Both the position numbers and the translations under genes were made by a program. The notes below the pieces were generated by a model. The model worked only from the letters and a program-made list of their open reading frames with translations. It did not search any database and was not told the DNA's origin. Below are positions 49,658 through 60,087 of a stretch of 64,000 bases of DNA, one piece after another. The first letter of the stretch is position 1. Every line of letters starts with the position of its first letter. The DNA is from Cyanophora paradoxa CCMP329 (lineage: Eukaryota > Plantae > Glaucophyta), in assembly GCA_004431415.1 (NCBI GenBank), contig QPMI01000549.1, positions 133,762-197,761 on the forward strand. Reading direction: 5' to 3'.

Positions 49658-50614
49658 TCAGTTTGACGAATTGATCCAAGGATATGTCTTTGACCTTTTC
49701 TGGAGCTGAAGCTTGGCGAGCTCGTAGACAACATCGCCATTGGGTTCATCTGGGCCATAACGAATTTCGAGTATAAATGAGACAGGACCTCCATTTAAAT
49801 CAGCAATTCGCTGCATAAAATCGTAAATCTCAATAGTCACAGAGTAGAGGTCCAGCTTTGAATAAATATACTTGTACAAAGGATGTGCTTCAGTTGAATC
49901 ATAGTATGCTATCTCGCCTGGACGAAGGACGCTTGGAATGCTCAGCTTCGAGAAGAAGCCAGGTATTGACGTGTTCGGCATACTGACAAGGTCACCAATT
50001 TCAGGAATTCGTAGGAGCACATGATCATCAGGAGTGACATCAGGCTCATAAGCGCCTGCTATATATTCAGTATTTATAGATAATGTCTTTGACCGAATCG
50101 GTAGAATTGATCTCAGCCCTAGAAGCTTTGCAGTTCGCTGAGCCCTTGCAACGGCCTGGTAGTTTCTGACTTCCCGCCCACCCTGGTTCGTTGGCAACAT
50201 CAGAGCAATAAAGAACTCGAAGTTAGCTGTGAACCCTATTAATTTGATCGCTGAATTATACGTGCACGTGATACCTGTTCCCGTCAACCTTTCGTTTATC
50301 TCTGTCACAAGCGAGGTGACGTCGTAATTTCCAGGTGGAATTGCAATGTTATTCCACGCTCCAAATCCGGCCTGAGGTGGGTCGGGTCCTTCATTAGTGG
50401 GATCATATTTGCACCAATATATATAGGTGTTAAAGACTAAATCCTCTGCCGGATCGAGTACATCGATTGTGCTCATAGTGTTGGGGATCTCAGCTGATAC
50501 CAAGCGCACGGCTTTCACATCCTGATAAACTTTAGGCAGTCTTACTTTAAATTTCGAGGTGGATGTCAGCTCCTCCGCTTGGTGACTTGCAATGCAGACG
50601 TAGTCCGTAGGCAT
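49658..50614 (-). CDS. Minor capsid (penton) protein A
   Basis: FKVRLPKVYQDVKAVRLVSAEIPNT, IAIPPGNY, VLLRIPEI, LYSVTIEIYD...DLNGGPVSFILEI, the PLV/NCLDV single jelly-roll penton pattern. Confidence 0.8.
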   Translation of the reverse strand: MPTDYVCIASHQAEELTSTSKFKVRLPKVYQDVKAVRLVSAEIPNTMSTIDVLDPAEDLVFNTYIYWCKYDPTNEGPDPPQAGFGAWNNIAIPPGNYDVTSLVTEINERLTGTGITCTYNSAIKLIGFTANFEFFIALMLPTNQGGREVRNYQAVARAQRTAKLLGLRSILPIRSKTLSINTEYIAGAYEPDVTPDDHVLLRIPEIGDLVSMPNTSIPGFFSKLSIPSVLRPGEIAYYDSTEAHPLYKYIYSKLDLYSVTIEIYDFMQRIADLNGGPVSFILEIRYGPDEPNGDVVYELAKLQLQKRSKTYPWINSSN

Positions 50615-50641
50615 CTTTTTTATATCAGTTAGAGAATAAAA

Positions 50642-51562
50642 ATGGTCAAAGACAAGCATCGACGCTGCGCCAGGCTTACCTTTGACAGCAGAGACAGAAG
50701 GCCAATCGATTCAGAGGCAAACTTCGTGCTCGAAATCAATGAACCGATAATCAATCCAGTTGCTGTTCGACTAACCCAGTGTGAGTTCGCAAACAGCCTT
50801 TACACCAGCATTAAAGCTGAGTATCTTTCCATCACCTTTCCCTACCTTGGAACGCAAAACGTGGAGGTGTTTGAGCCTGGCATAATTACGACTGCAAATC
50901 TGGGCGAAACAGATATTTACAACTTTGGCCTATCATTTAATATTGAGCTAGAAGGTATTTCAATTGCGTATTTTAAACTATTTCGAGACCCAGAGACGCT
51001 GAAAATGTCTGCGTATTGCAACCGTTCCTGCACACTGACCTGCCAGTTCAAAGCCTTATCGAATCTGCTCGGGCTGAACCGAAATGAGCCCCTCCAGCTG
51101 TCTCCTATTGTGCTTGAAGGGCCGCAAAGACCAGCAACTGCAGCTGAGCGGTATCTAGAGGTTGCTGGCATTCCAGTGACACCTGCTCACCCTGAGTACG
51201 GCGTGGATTTCACCGGAAGAATGCAGAGTATAGCACTTGGTTACGCCGTCGAATTTCCAAAGATAATCGACATGAACAGCGACCAGTACCTCTTCCTTGT
51301 CTGCGAAGAGCTACGGCCGTTTGCTTCGAAGCTTCGCCGTGGGGCTAAATCAATGTGTAATTACGGGCTCGCTCGAATCCAGATGAGCCAGGATGTTGGC
51401 AAGTTCGTTTATATAAATCAGGAAAATGACGAGTGGATCCACATCGAAGAGCGCCTGGTGCTGACCTCTTTGCGACTGCGCATTGTCGACAGAGATGGCG
51501 ATGATGTATCACTGAATGGATTGCCATGGTCTGGGGAGCTCCAGTTCATCACTTATAATTAG
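50642..51562 (+). CDS. Minor capsid (penton) protein B
   Basis: TFDSRDR...NFVLEINEPIINPVAVRLTQCEFANS, YLFLVCEEL, LARIQM, LTSLRLRIVDRDGDDVSLNGLPWSGELQF. Confidence 0.82.
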   Translation: MVKDKHRRCARLTFDSRDRRPIDSEANFVLEINEPIINPVAVRLTQCEFANSLYTSIKAEYLSITFPYLGTQNVEVFEPGIITTANLGETDIYNFGLSFNIELEGISIAYFKLFRDPETLKMSAYCNRSCTLTCQFKALSNLLGLNRNEPLQLSPIVLEGPQRPATAAERYLEVAGIPVTPAHPEYGVDFTGRMQSIALGYAVEFPKIIDMNSDQYLFLVCEELRPFASKLRRGAKSMCNYGLARIQMSQDVGKFVYINQENDEWIHIEERLVLTSLRLRIVDRDGDDVSLNGLPWSGELQFITYN

Positions 51563-52065
51563 AAGTTAAGTCGGAGAAATGGGTGATCCACTTCTGGAGT
51601 ATTGGCAAGCGCATAGGCACGAGCAGCAGCCTCAGCTGAAGTAAAGTCACCAATTGTCTTCTGTTGGCCGTTGAAACGATATGAGGCTCTCCATTTATCA
51701 GAAGTTTTACGATATGTTACACCAATGAACCCGCTGGTGTTATTGTGTTGCTTGTTACGATTCATAGTCTGCTGTCGCTTTGTTGCTACTCGTAAGTTTT
51801 CACGTCTATTATCAAGTTTGTTTAAATTGATATGATCCACTGTCAACCCTCTCTCAATATTCGGGTAAAGAAAATTATGCAATCCAATTGATCTTTTCTT
51901 TCCATCCAATTTCACATTGCTTTCTGCATAGCCATTGCCAGCATTCAAATGCCATTTCTTTTGAAACACTTTTTCAGCATCCTCTTGCGACACAAGGGCA
52001 TAGGCTCTGATATTCCCTCGGTGATCGCGAAGTGGAACTGGTATTGCTCCATGAGGAATGTCCAT
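51559..52065 (-). CDS. HNH-AP2 homing endonuclease 2
   Basis: TVDHINLNKLDNRRENLR plus NNTSGFIGV...KWRASY...IGDFTSAEAAARAY...LNF; clear paralog of 46158-46727. Confidence 0.92.
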   Translation of the reverse strand: MDIPHGAIPVPLRDHRGNIRAYALVSQEDAEKVFQKKWHLNAGNGYAESNVKLDGKKRSIGLHNFLYPNIERGLTVDHINLNKLDNRRENLRVATKRQQTMNRNKQHNNTSGFIGVTYRKTSDKWRASYRFNGQQKTIGDFTSAEAAARAYALANTPEVDHPFLRLNF

Positions 52066-52125
52066 TTCTACAGCTGGACTGCTCACCTTTTCAATTAGAA
52101 ACCTTTGATCCCTTTAAGTCATAGC

Positions 52126-52251
52126 GAGTGGATCCACATCGAAGAGCGCCTGGTGCTGACCTCTCTGCGACTGCGCATTGTCGACAGAGATGGTGATGAC
52201 GTCTCTCTGAATGGCCTGCCTTGGTCTGGTGAACTGCAATTTCTAGTTTAG
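52126..52251 (+). pseudogene. Displaced second copy of the 3' end of penton B
   Basis: Encodes EWIHIEERLVLTSLRLRIVDRDGDDVSLNGLPWSGELQFLV*, matching 51431-51547 for 39 codons; no start codon. Confidence 0.9.
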
Positions 52252-53727
52252 GTAACGTCCCCGGAAATCAAGCCGGAACGCGTTCACATTTATAAATTCG
52301 TTTGTTATAATTTGCACATAGTTATACACCTGTGGGGTGATCAAGTGCGAGTCACTATGCATTATATCGAAGCCTGTCATAGATGGGTTTGCAGCAAGCA
52401 CATTGGATAGGACCGTATTTTCAAATAGTGACCCGTCTCGTAAATATCCTAAATTGGTCAGAATGCTGAAATTAAATAGGACTCCGGCGGCAAAGGCTGG
52501 CCCATACATAATTATTTGATGTAGCTCAAAAGGCTTAGGAAACTCGACTTTGATCCAGGGATTAGGTAAAGTGCCCCCTTGGAACCCTGTTGAGTTAGGT
52601 CGAACGTGAGAAGGTGGGTGCAATTCCTCAAAGTCGTTGCTTGTGATGTTTGCATCTGGAATTATAAACCAGTTGACATCAAATGGCGGCTCAACTGTTA
52701 AGGTAGACGATATGATAAGTCTCTCATCGTTCAGTAGGTCGTAGTTCGCCAGTAGAAAGCTGCAGAGTGCATTTATTTTAGCATTTATTTCGGTTTGTTT
52801 CAGCCATAAATCAGTCGTGGAAATCAAATAAGAAATATTCGAAGGGGAGGCATCATCAAGCTTGCTCATAACTGCAGCTGGCAGCGGAACACTTAAACGC
52901 CAGTATCTAGTTAAATTTCTATCTGCATCAACTGGAAGCAGCTCCTGCATTTGAAAGTGCGATTCCAGCTCGCTCCCAGCCATTAGCATAGAAATAATTG
53001 GGCTGCCTGAGAGGGATAAGATCCAGCCCAGGGCGCCCCAGCCTGACGTCTCCGCATTCGAAAAGCCTGCAGTCAGTTGCTCACTGGCTTGGACCTCACC
53101 ACAGCTGATGCTCACAAGAACAATTGGATCCTCTGCATCATAAATTTTGCTGGCGTGGCTTAGCGCTGCAACTGAGGGATTATTTAAACAGGCGATGGCC
53201 CCATCAACAAGGTTTTTGTCTCCTAGAACCTTCGGTGGAAAGAATGTTGGCGCTGCAGAAGATGCTCTAACTGCATCACGAATCAGCGTGCTCGAGTATG
53301 GCCCATCTTTGGTGAAAACTACGGGCTGCATCCGAACTGTATCAAACGCTGTAATTAATATGTCTTTGGTCGATTCTGCAATTGTGTAGTCTAGGGCAAC
53401 GTCTGTGAGCACCGACTCCAGAGGGTTTCCATCATAGCGGCTTCCTGAGAGCAAGCTTGTGAGTGATCTCGGATTTGCGAATATTACAGGTAGGTTCGTT
53501 TGATATAAACTGAAGATATCACCTGCAGAATATCGATAAGCGAGAACAGAGCCTGGAGTTGATGGGATAGCCAAACCGGCCGCTATTATTGCCCCTGTTG
53601 AGGTGCCTGCAAAGAAATCAAACAGCTGTGGAATTGCTTTCCCAGTAATCGCCTCGATCCGCTGTAGAATTCGGGCAATGACTATGCCACGAGCACCTCC
53701 ACCTGATAGTGAGAGAATGACCTTCAT
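52243..53727 (-). CDS. Patatin-like phospholipase with C-terminal beta-sandwich (discoidin/F5-8-like) extension
   Basis: LSLSGGGARG, FDFFAGTSTG, VRASSAAPTFFPP, LVDGA; C-terminal PNPWIKVEFPKPFELHQIIMYG. Confidence 0.9.
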   Translation of the reverse strand: MKVILSLSGGGARGIVIARILQRIEAITGKAIPQLFDFFAGTSTGAIIAAGLAIPSTPGSVLAYRYSAGDIFSLYQTNLPVIFANPRSLTSLLSGSRYDGNPLESVLTDVALDYTIAESTKDILITAFDTVRMQPVVFTKDGPYSSTLIRDAVRASSAAPTFFPPKVLGDKNLVDGAIACLNNPSVAALSHASKIYDAEDPIVLVSISCGEVQASEQLTAGFSNAETSGWGALGWILSLSGSPIISMLMAGSELESHFQMQELLPVDADRNLTRYWRLSVPLPAAVMSKLDDASPSNISYLISTTDLWLKQTEINAKINALCSFLLANYDLLNDERLIISSTLTVEPPFDVNWFIIPDANITSNDFEELHPPSHVRPNSTGFQGGTLPNPWIKVEFPKPFELHQIIMYGPAFAAGVLFNFSILTNLGYLRDGSLFENTVLSNVLAANPSMTGFDIMHSDSHLITPQVYNYVQIITNEFINVNAFRLDFRGRYLN

Positions 53728-53750
53728 TTTTAAAAGGGGCTTATATAAAA

Positions 53751-56700
53751 ATGTCCTACATCTTGAAGAAGCCAGTACCACTTCGTAAAGCTCCAGATTT
53801 TGTGGATGATCGGCATATAAATATTCGCGTATTTGGGAGTACTCTAATTGACTACAATGCTGACAAAGATATACACCAGACTGAGTTTAATCGCCCAGCT
53901 GCATTAATTCTGCGCAACGCACATGTTGGCGCCCCAGATATTGCACAGAGATTTTGTCTGGGTCCAGCTGAGAATTATGTTGCTGAAATAATCGGATCCA
54001 GGGCGTTGCCGCGGCACCTGCGAATTGCCTCCTCAGGCACAGTTTCCAAATATGATTCTGGTAGATTAATCTTTAGGCTCCAAAATGATAGAGGGGTCCA
54101 CACATCAGCTCTACGTCTAATTGATGAATCCAATGCTGTCACAAACAAGACTGCGGCTCACATTACAGGGCGAATTCTCCTTGGCGAAGAGTCGCAGACA
54201 AGCCGAAGGCAAGGAGCCACTTGTGCTCCGCACAGCGACGCTGCGCCTGCTGGAATATCAGTGCTAGCATCGCAAATCCAGCCGTTTCCCTGGGATCTAC
54301 TTTTTACAGCTGCACGAGAAGCGAATATTTTATACGGTTTTGATGTAAATCAAATCGATACTGAGCCAGCCACCAGGTTAGATATTCCTGGATGCACCTT
54401 GGGCTCTATCCTGATTGAAGCTGACAGGCACCTGCTCCCTGCGTTGCATGACAGCTACGATCTAGGGCTCCGCACCAGGCAGTGGCGAAATATTCATGGA
54501 ACAAATATTTATCAGGATGGTAAGAAGGTTAGCACTGAAGAGGAGGTGATCAACATTTTCAACTACTACTTCGGACCTATTGTCCCTATACCACCTATAC
54601 CACCTCTTCCAGGGCTACCGAAGCCGCCAACCCGGACGGCCCAGGTCGAGAGCGAGTTGCTGATGAAACAGTTCCTTTCGGTCAACATATTGTCAGTTGG
54701 GAGCAAGTTCGCAATAAACCTATCTTCGAACCGAAAAAGCAAATAGATGAACAGTATTTACCTCCTGAAATCGATATATTAGAGCTTGAAGAATACCAAT
54801 TTGTCCCAGATGAGGAAGAGTATTTACCTGACGGTTTCGACCCGCAAGAGTATGAATATGATCAATATGACCCAATGAGGAAGAGTATTTACCCGATGGT
54901 TTAGATCCACAAGAGTATGAGTATGAACAGAACTATGAACCCCACGAGGATTATTTAGCAGATGGCCTCGAGCCTCCTGCTGTTGAGTATGCGCAGCCTT
55001 ATGAACACCATGAGGAATTATTGCCAGATGGTTTACAACCTGAGATTTTTGAGATGTACCTTGACTGGGAGCAGATCAACAATAAACCCGCGAGATATCC
55101 ACCAGAGGATCACAACCATGACTGGGATGAGATCTTAGGTAAACCTGAGAAATATCCACCTGAAGATCACAGGCATGATTGGGGCGATATTGATGGAATA
55201 CCACCTGAGTTTCCGCCGGAAGACCATTTACATATTTGGAGCGAAATACGAGAGCAGCCCACTTTTGCATCAGCAGGTAATGTTTTACTAGGAGATATTA
55301 ACAATGGGGTAAGTCTCTACCAAAATATAGACACACCAGAAAGATTACAATTAAATGATTACTATGTGAATCGCAAAGGAATCGATGCAGGCACCACAAT
55401 GGAAGGCGAATTATACATTAGACCCCTACAAGAAATGGAATATTGGGACTTGGTGGTGGTATTGAAATTAAAGACACCAAACCAGGTATCTATCTTACCA
55501 GCTACTATGCAGATGACATCCCAATGACAGGAGGATTGATCTCTCTACCATCTGATCCAGCAAACTATGATGATAAAAACGCAGCAATCCAAATTAATGT
55601 TACTGATGTGAGTGATTTAGATTCATCAAGACCGAAATTAATATTCAGCAGAGAGAGATTGTTACCAGATGCACTTTTGGGGAACCGAGATGACTATAAA
55701 CAATGCGAGGTTGCATGGATTAAAACGAATTATAATGGTGGAGTTGGTGAGGGAGTTTTAGAAATTAATCAGAGGGCAGCAGCAAAGAATATTCACAATG
55801 AGACCATATCAAGAGTGGTAACAGAGGATTATCTGAGAGACAATGGAGCAACAATCATCGCAGGAATTGCTGTGGAGGGTGCTTACCTTCCTCTCACTGG
55901 TGGAACTGTCACAGGTGATGTTCATGCTCCGAATTTCCTTGTTGATACTCCAAATGCTCAGACATTTCCTGTTGTTCACCCAGGTGCTGAATATATATTA
56001 GATGCAAACACTCCAATTAGTAGAGTCGAATTACCAACGAATTTCACCTTTAATCTTGTGGATGTGTTCCCAAACAGCCATAATCTCATGTATTTCTCTT
56101 CTGAGAATTACCTTTCAGGTGCATTTTCGCCCATTGAACTCTCCATACCAAAGCAAAAGGTGAGCTACAAAGAACTCACAGATGTCCCGGCAGGATTTAG
56201 TGGTAAATGGACTGATATTACGGAGAAGCCAACTTGGAGTAGTGTAGCATTCACAGGTGATTACTATGATTTATCAAGAATTCCCGATTTCACCACTTAT
56301 ATACCTCGTTGGATTGATCAAAGTGTAATTATATCAGAATCTACACTCCCTTTCAATGGGACATGGGATAGACTATTTACTAAACCGAATTTGCATGCTG
56401 TGGCTACAAGTGGTGACTACAATGATTTAACTAACACCCCTACTGCACCGACCTTGCATGCTGTGGCTACAAGTGGAAACTATAATGATCTCGTTAATAC
56501 ACCAAACTTGCATGCTGTGGCTACAAGCGGGAACTATGACGATTTAATTAACACACCCACTTCGCCACCTACTCACAATCACAGCATAGAGTTGCTTACG
56601 AATTTCGGTAATTATGTGAATGCAAATGCATATGTGCAACAGGGGACAGCGAATGTAGTCATTCCTGCCGGAGTCTATTACAAAGGGGATTTTACCACAG

Positions 56701-57080
56701 TATCGGGAACCGTTACATTTTCTACCCCATATAATAGTGATCCAATAGTTAATGCTACTCTCGAAAATGATATTATCTTAACAAGTGTCAATTTTACAAA
56801 CAGCATATATATCTCCGCTGAATTTGTGAGTGGGAACCGTGTTGGTTTCAAAAATAAATTCACTTGGATTGCTATATTTACTTGTTACTCGGACATCAAT
56901 TATACGAATGTGCCCCAAAACGAAAGAACCCTTAAACTCCATTGGATTGCTGTCGGACCTCTCCAAACAATAATATTCTCACGTAATTATAAAGAGCAAT
57001 TTAAAGATGACAACTGTATTCACGCCTGTGTTTTCTTTGAGTGCAAGTGCTGTCCACAATGTCCAACACACTGTTTATGA
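53751..57080 (+). CDS. Large fibre/spike protein split by apparent frameshifts (~54650-54750, ~54880, ~55440)
   Basis: LLPALHDSYDLG..TRQWRNIH, Pro-rich hinge, acidic EEYLPDG repeats, HxHDWxxIxGKP repeats, YLPLTGGTVTGD, three LHAVATSGxYxDLxNTP repeats, C-terminal VTFSTPYNSDPIV...LHWIAVG. These are phage tail-fibre-like motifs; the region could be more than one gene. Confidence 0.7.
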
Positions 57081-57960
57081 TTTATCTCCAAGCCACCCTT
57101 CGACTGAGACAGCGAAAACCGATTCTTTTAATGACCAAAGCATACTCAGAGTCAAAGAACTCCGAGCTGACAAGGCTGATGGAGTCGTTAAAGCTACTCA
57201 AATGATCGTATCTAATCGACCCGCAATCTCTTCGGGGCTGGTCACCAAAGAAAATCTATATGAAGGTCAACAGGATTCCAAAACGGCTTTTAATCCGGCT
57301 GATAGGAATTCGGCGGCTTTTCAAGTTTACAGTGGTGGGGCATGGATTGGGACTGGACTGAGTGTGAATGGGACAGTGACAGCGACTTCTTATGGGGCTG
57401 TGAGTGCAACCACTGGGACGTTTTCAGTCTCTTGACAGGAAATGGTGGAGTGAAAACAACTTCTGTCGATTCAGGAGCAGATTCTGATATAGTTTTGAAG
57501 CGAAATAATACAACGATAGCCACCATCACAACTTCTGGTCTCAGTTTGGCGGATACTAAATATTTGAAGGCTAATTTTACCCATCATGTCGTGTTTATCA
57601 TGCAACATCTACTGCTTATACAGCTGGTCAGGTGATCAAATGGGCAAACATTTACTACAATGTTGGGGATGCTATAATTCAGCTACTGGTATTTTCACAT
57701 GCCCTGTGGCTGGGATGTATGTTGTATCTTTTGGTGCATATGCTGATTCATCTACCTGTGATGTTGTGTGTCGACACAACGGTTCATCTACATTTTTAAG
57801 TCTTTTGAGTATAAAAACAACTTCAACACAAGGAGGAAGCCCTTGTGCAACATTTAAAGCCAATTCGGGCGATTACTTTGATGTTGCTGTGTCCCAAGGG
57901 ACAGCATCAATTATCGCAAGTCAACAGAGTTTCTGTGTTGCATTAATTTATGCAGTATAA
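57007..57960 (+). CDS. Fibre family member 1, with C1q-like C-terminal domain (apparent frameshifts)
   Basis: Shared N-terminus RVKELRADK..GVVK and GGAWIGTGLSVNG; C-terminus YNSATGIFTCPVAGMYVVSF...ANSGDYFDV is C1q-like. Confidence 0.75.
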
Positions 57961-57981
57961 TAAAATGTTTTGCTATAATAA

Positions 57982-58240
57982 ATGTCGAACATCTACCAAG
58001 TGGTTCTAACTGATACTGAAAAACTGGGAATGGAATACTGTGCCTACTCTGTTCAGGATTGGATCGATAATGCTGCTCATAATCGGGCGAGAATTGCGAT
58101 TGATGAGATTGTGGACAAAGAAGTTAAATCGTGTATTGCCGCTGGAATTCCGATTCCACTCACAAAGGAAGCGATTGTAGAGCAAGCGTTTGCAAGGGGA
58201 CTGTTCGAAAGGCAAGCGAAATTCCTGTGAGTGCTCCTAT
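57982..58240 (+). CDS. Small protein resembling phage fibre-associated proteins
   Basis: YQVVLTDTEKLGMEY...QDWIDNAAHNRARIAIDEIV...IPLTKEAIVEQAF; recalled similarity to aquatic phage proteins encoded next to C1q fibres (unverified). 3' end approximate. Confidence 0.6.
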
Positions 58241-58375
58241 GTAAAGAACTCGAATTCGAAGAATGAGAGATGGGTTAATTGTTATTTTTCATAGATCATG
58301 CATAAGAAAGGCATGTATCTTGCATGTCCTTCTTGAAAGTCGTTTATTTTTCTTTCCTTCTTAGTAAAAGAAGCA

Positions 58376-59219
58376 ATGGGTGAATATAATCGAGTTCAAC
58401 TTCCAATATATTCCCTTGGATCCCCTGCTATGCACTTTCGCCAGCATGAAGTAAATGATGAGGTTCGTGGATTAGAATCCACAGAGAGACCCAATTCCAA
58501 TGGTAACTCCTTTGATAAGAATTCGATTATTCGAGTTAAAGAACTTCGAGCCGACAAAAACTCAGGTGTGGTTAAAACAACTCGACTTCTTGTGACTAAT
58601 GCCAACTTCTTTCAACCTACCAATGGAGGCCCTGATGCTTACAGTGTAAATCTGAAAGCTCTTGATTTCGATAAAAACACTGCTGCTGCTACAATTCGTT
58701 CAGGCGGTGCTTTTATTGGTGGAGGTTGCCGTGTATCCGGTCAACTCTCTTCATCTGTTTCGTTTAATGATGTCCCTGATACTCTCGATCAAAATGTAGA
58801 GAATCCACAGCGTATTAGATTATATACACCTGTTGCACAGCAACCATTTGTTCAATTTTACGTAGGTTATACAGTTACACTTGCAACCTCTGAACTAATT
58901 GAAGGAACCAAAAGAGTAATGAGAGGTCTCGCCATTCCAAACGCCATGCTCTCTTTATGTAGAGCCAACAACAACCAGCCAGGTCACAGGTACTATTTCA
59001 GTGTGCAGGGATATGATCATTTCGGCACAGGCTTCTGTGTTTATAACAATAATTCACTTACGATTTGTTTGTTACAGACATTGGCAAATATACTATAACA
59101 ATTATCGGTTTGAGAACAGATATAGCAGCTGTTTCAGTTCTCAGAGGTGTTACTCCTGATACTCTTTCAGTATCAGGGTTTTACCAGGAACCAGATGTGA
59201 TCGATGACCCCACTCCTAA
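58376..59219 (+). CDS. Fibre family member 2 (copy 1; apparent frameshift at ~59053)
   Basis: RVKELRADKNSGVVKTT, GGAFIGGGCRVSG; C-terminus ...FSVQGYDHFG...IIGLRTD. Confidence 0.7.
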
Positions 59220-59243
59220 AATATATATATATGTTTAATATAA

Positions 59244-60087
59244 ATGGCTGAACCACCTCCAATTGAGCGTATTGTTACAGCACAGCTTTCATTAGCTGCA
59301 CCAGCTAACCACGTTCTGCAGCATGCTACTTTCGATGATGTAGAAGGTCTGCAATCAACAGAGGTTCAACCTACGATGAACACCTTCGGTTCCACCATAA
59401 ACTGAGATTGCAGGAACTCAGGTGCGATAAAAATAATGGTATAGTTAAGACCACGAAATTACTTGTAACTAATGCGAATTTTAGTGCCCATTATGGTGAT
59501 CCAGACAGTTATGGCGCCCCTCTTTCGACTTATTCTTTCGAGTCTAGGTCAGGAGCTATTAACTGCAAGACGGGGGAGCATATATTGGTGATGGTTTGCG
59601 GGTTGGTGGAGCTGTTGGTGCTCCTCTCTTTGTTAATGATCAACCAAACCCTATTGATCCTAACACGAGAATTCGAACCTATTTGCCAAGTATGAATGCA
59701 CCATATATTATAAAGATCTTCCCAATCGTTGTTAATGAGCAGACATCAGTAGTTGATTCTCTTGTGGAAATTGGTGACCACTACAAGGTGGTTGTTGATA
59801 TCCCTCCAGACGTCTACGCTGTCTGTCAAGTAGAGGGTGGAACCCCAAACATTGCTGTGGTGATTACTCCATATGATAATTTCGGGATCGCTTATCATGG
59901 TGTAAATTTCGGCCTTGAAGACTACCAGTTCTTGGTGAGAGCTACAAAATTCGGTATTTATAAATGCATTCTCTATGCAGAAAGAACCGATGCTATCGCA
60001 AGCAGAATACCTATGCGGAGTACTACGGCACTAATAGGTACTTCCCCATTTTCGGACAGGATACTGCCCCGTAGAGAATATCCCTAA
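59244..60087 (+). CDS. Fibre family member 3 (copy 1; apparent frameshifts)
   Basis: RLQELRCDKNNGIVKTT, GGAYIGDGLRVGG; C-terminus FVNDQPNPIDP...VVITPYDNFG...ILYAERTD. Confidence 0.7.

Noticed and set aside
51431-52242. Diversity-generating retroelement VR/TR pair
   Set aside because: Differences are not adenine-specific, are all synonymous, and no reverse transcriptase is present.
54188-54247. Hammerhead ribozyme or spliceosomal intron
   Set aside because: It lacks the CUGANGA/GAAA core; it is in frame and the related copies are intergenic, so splicing is not needed to explain it.
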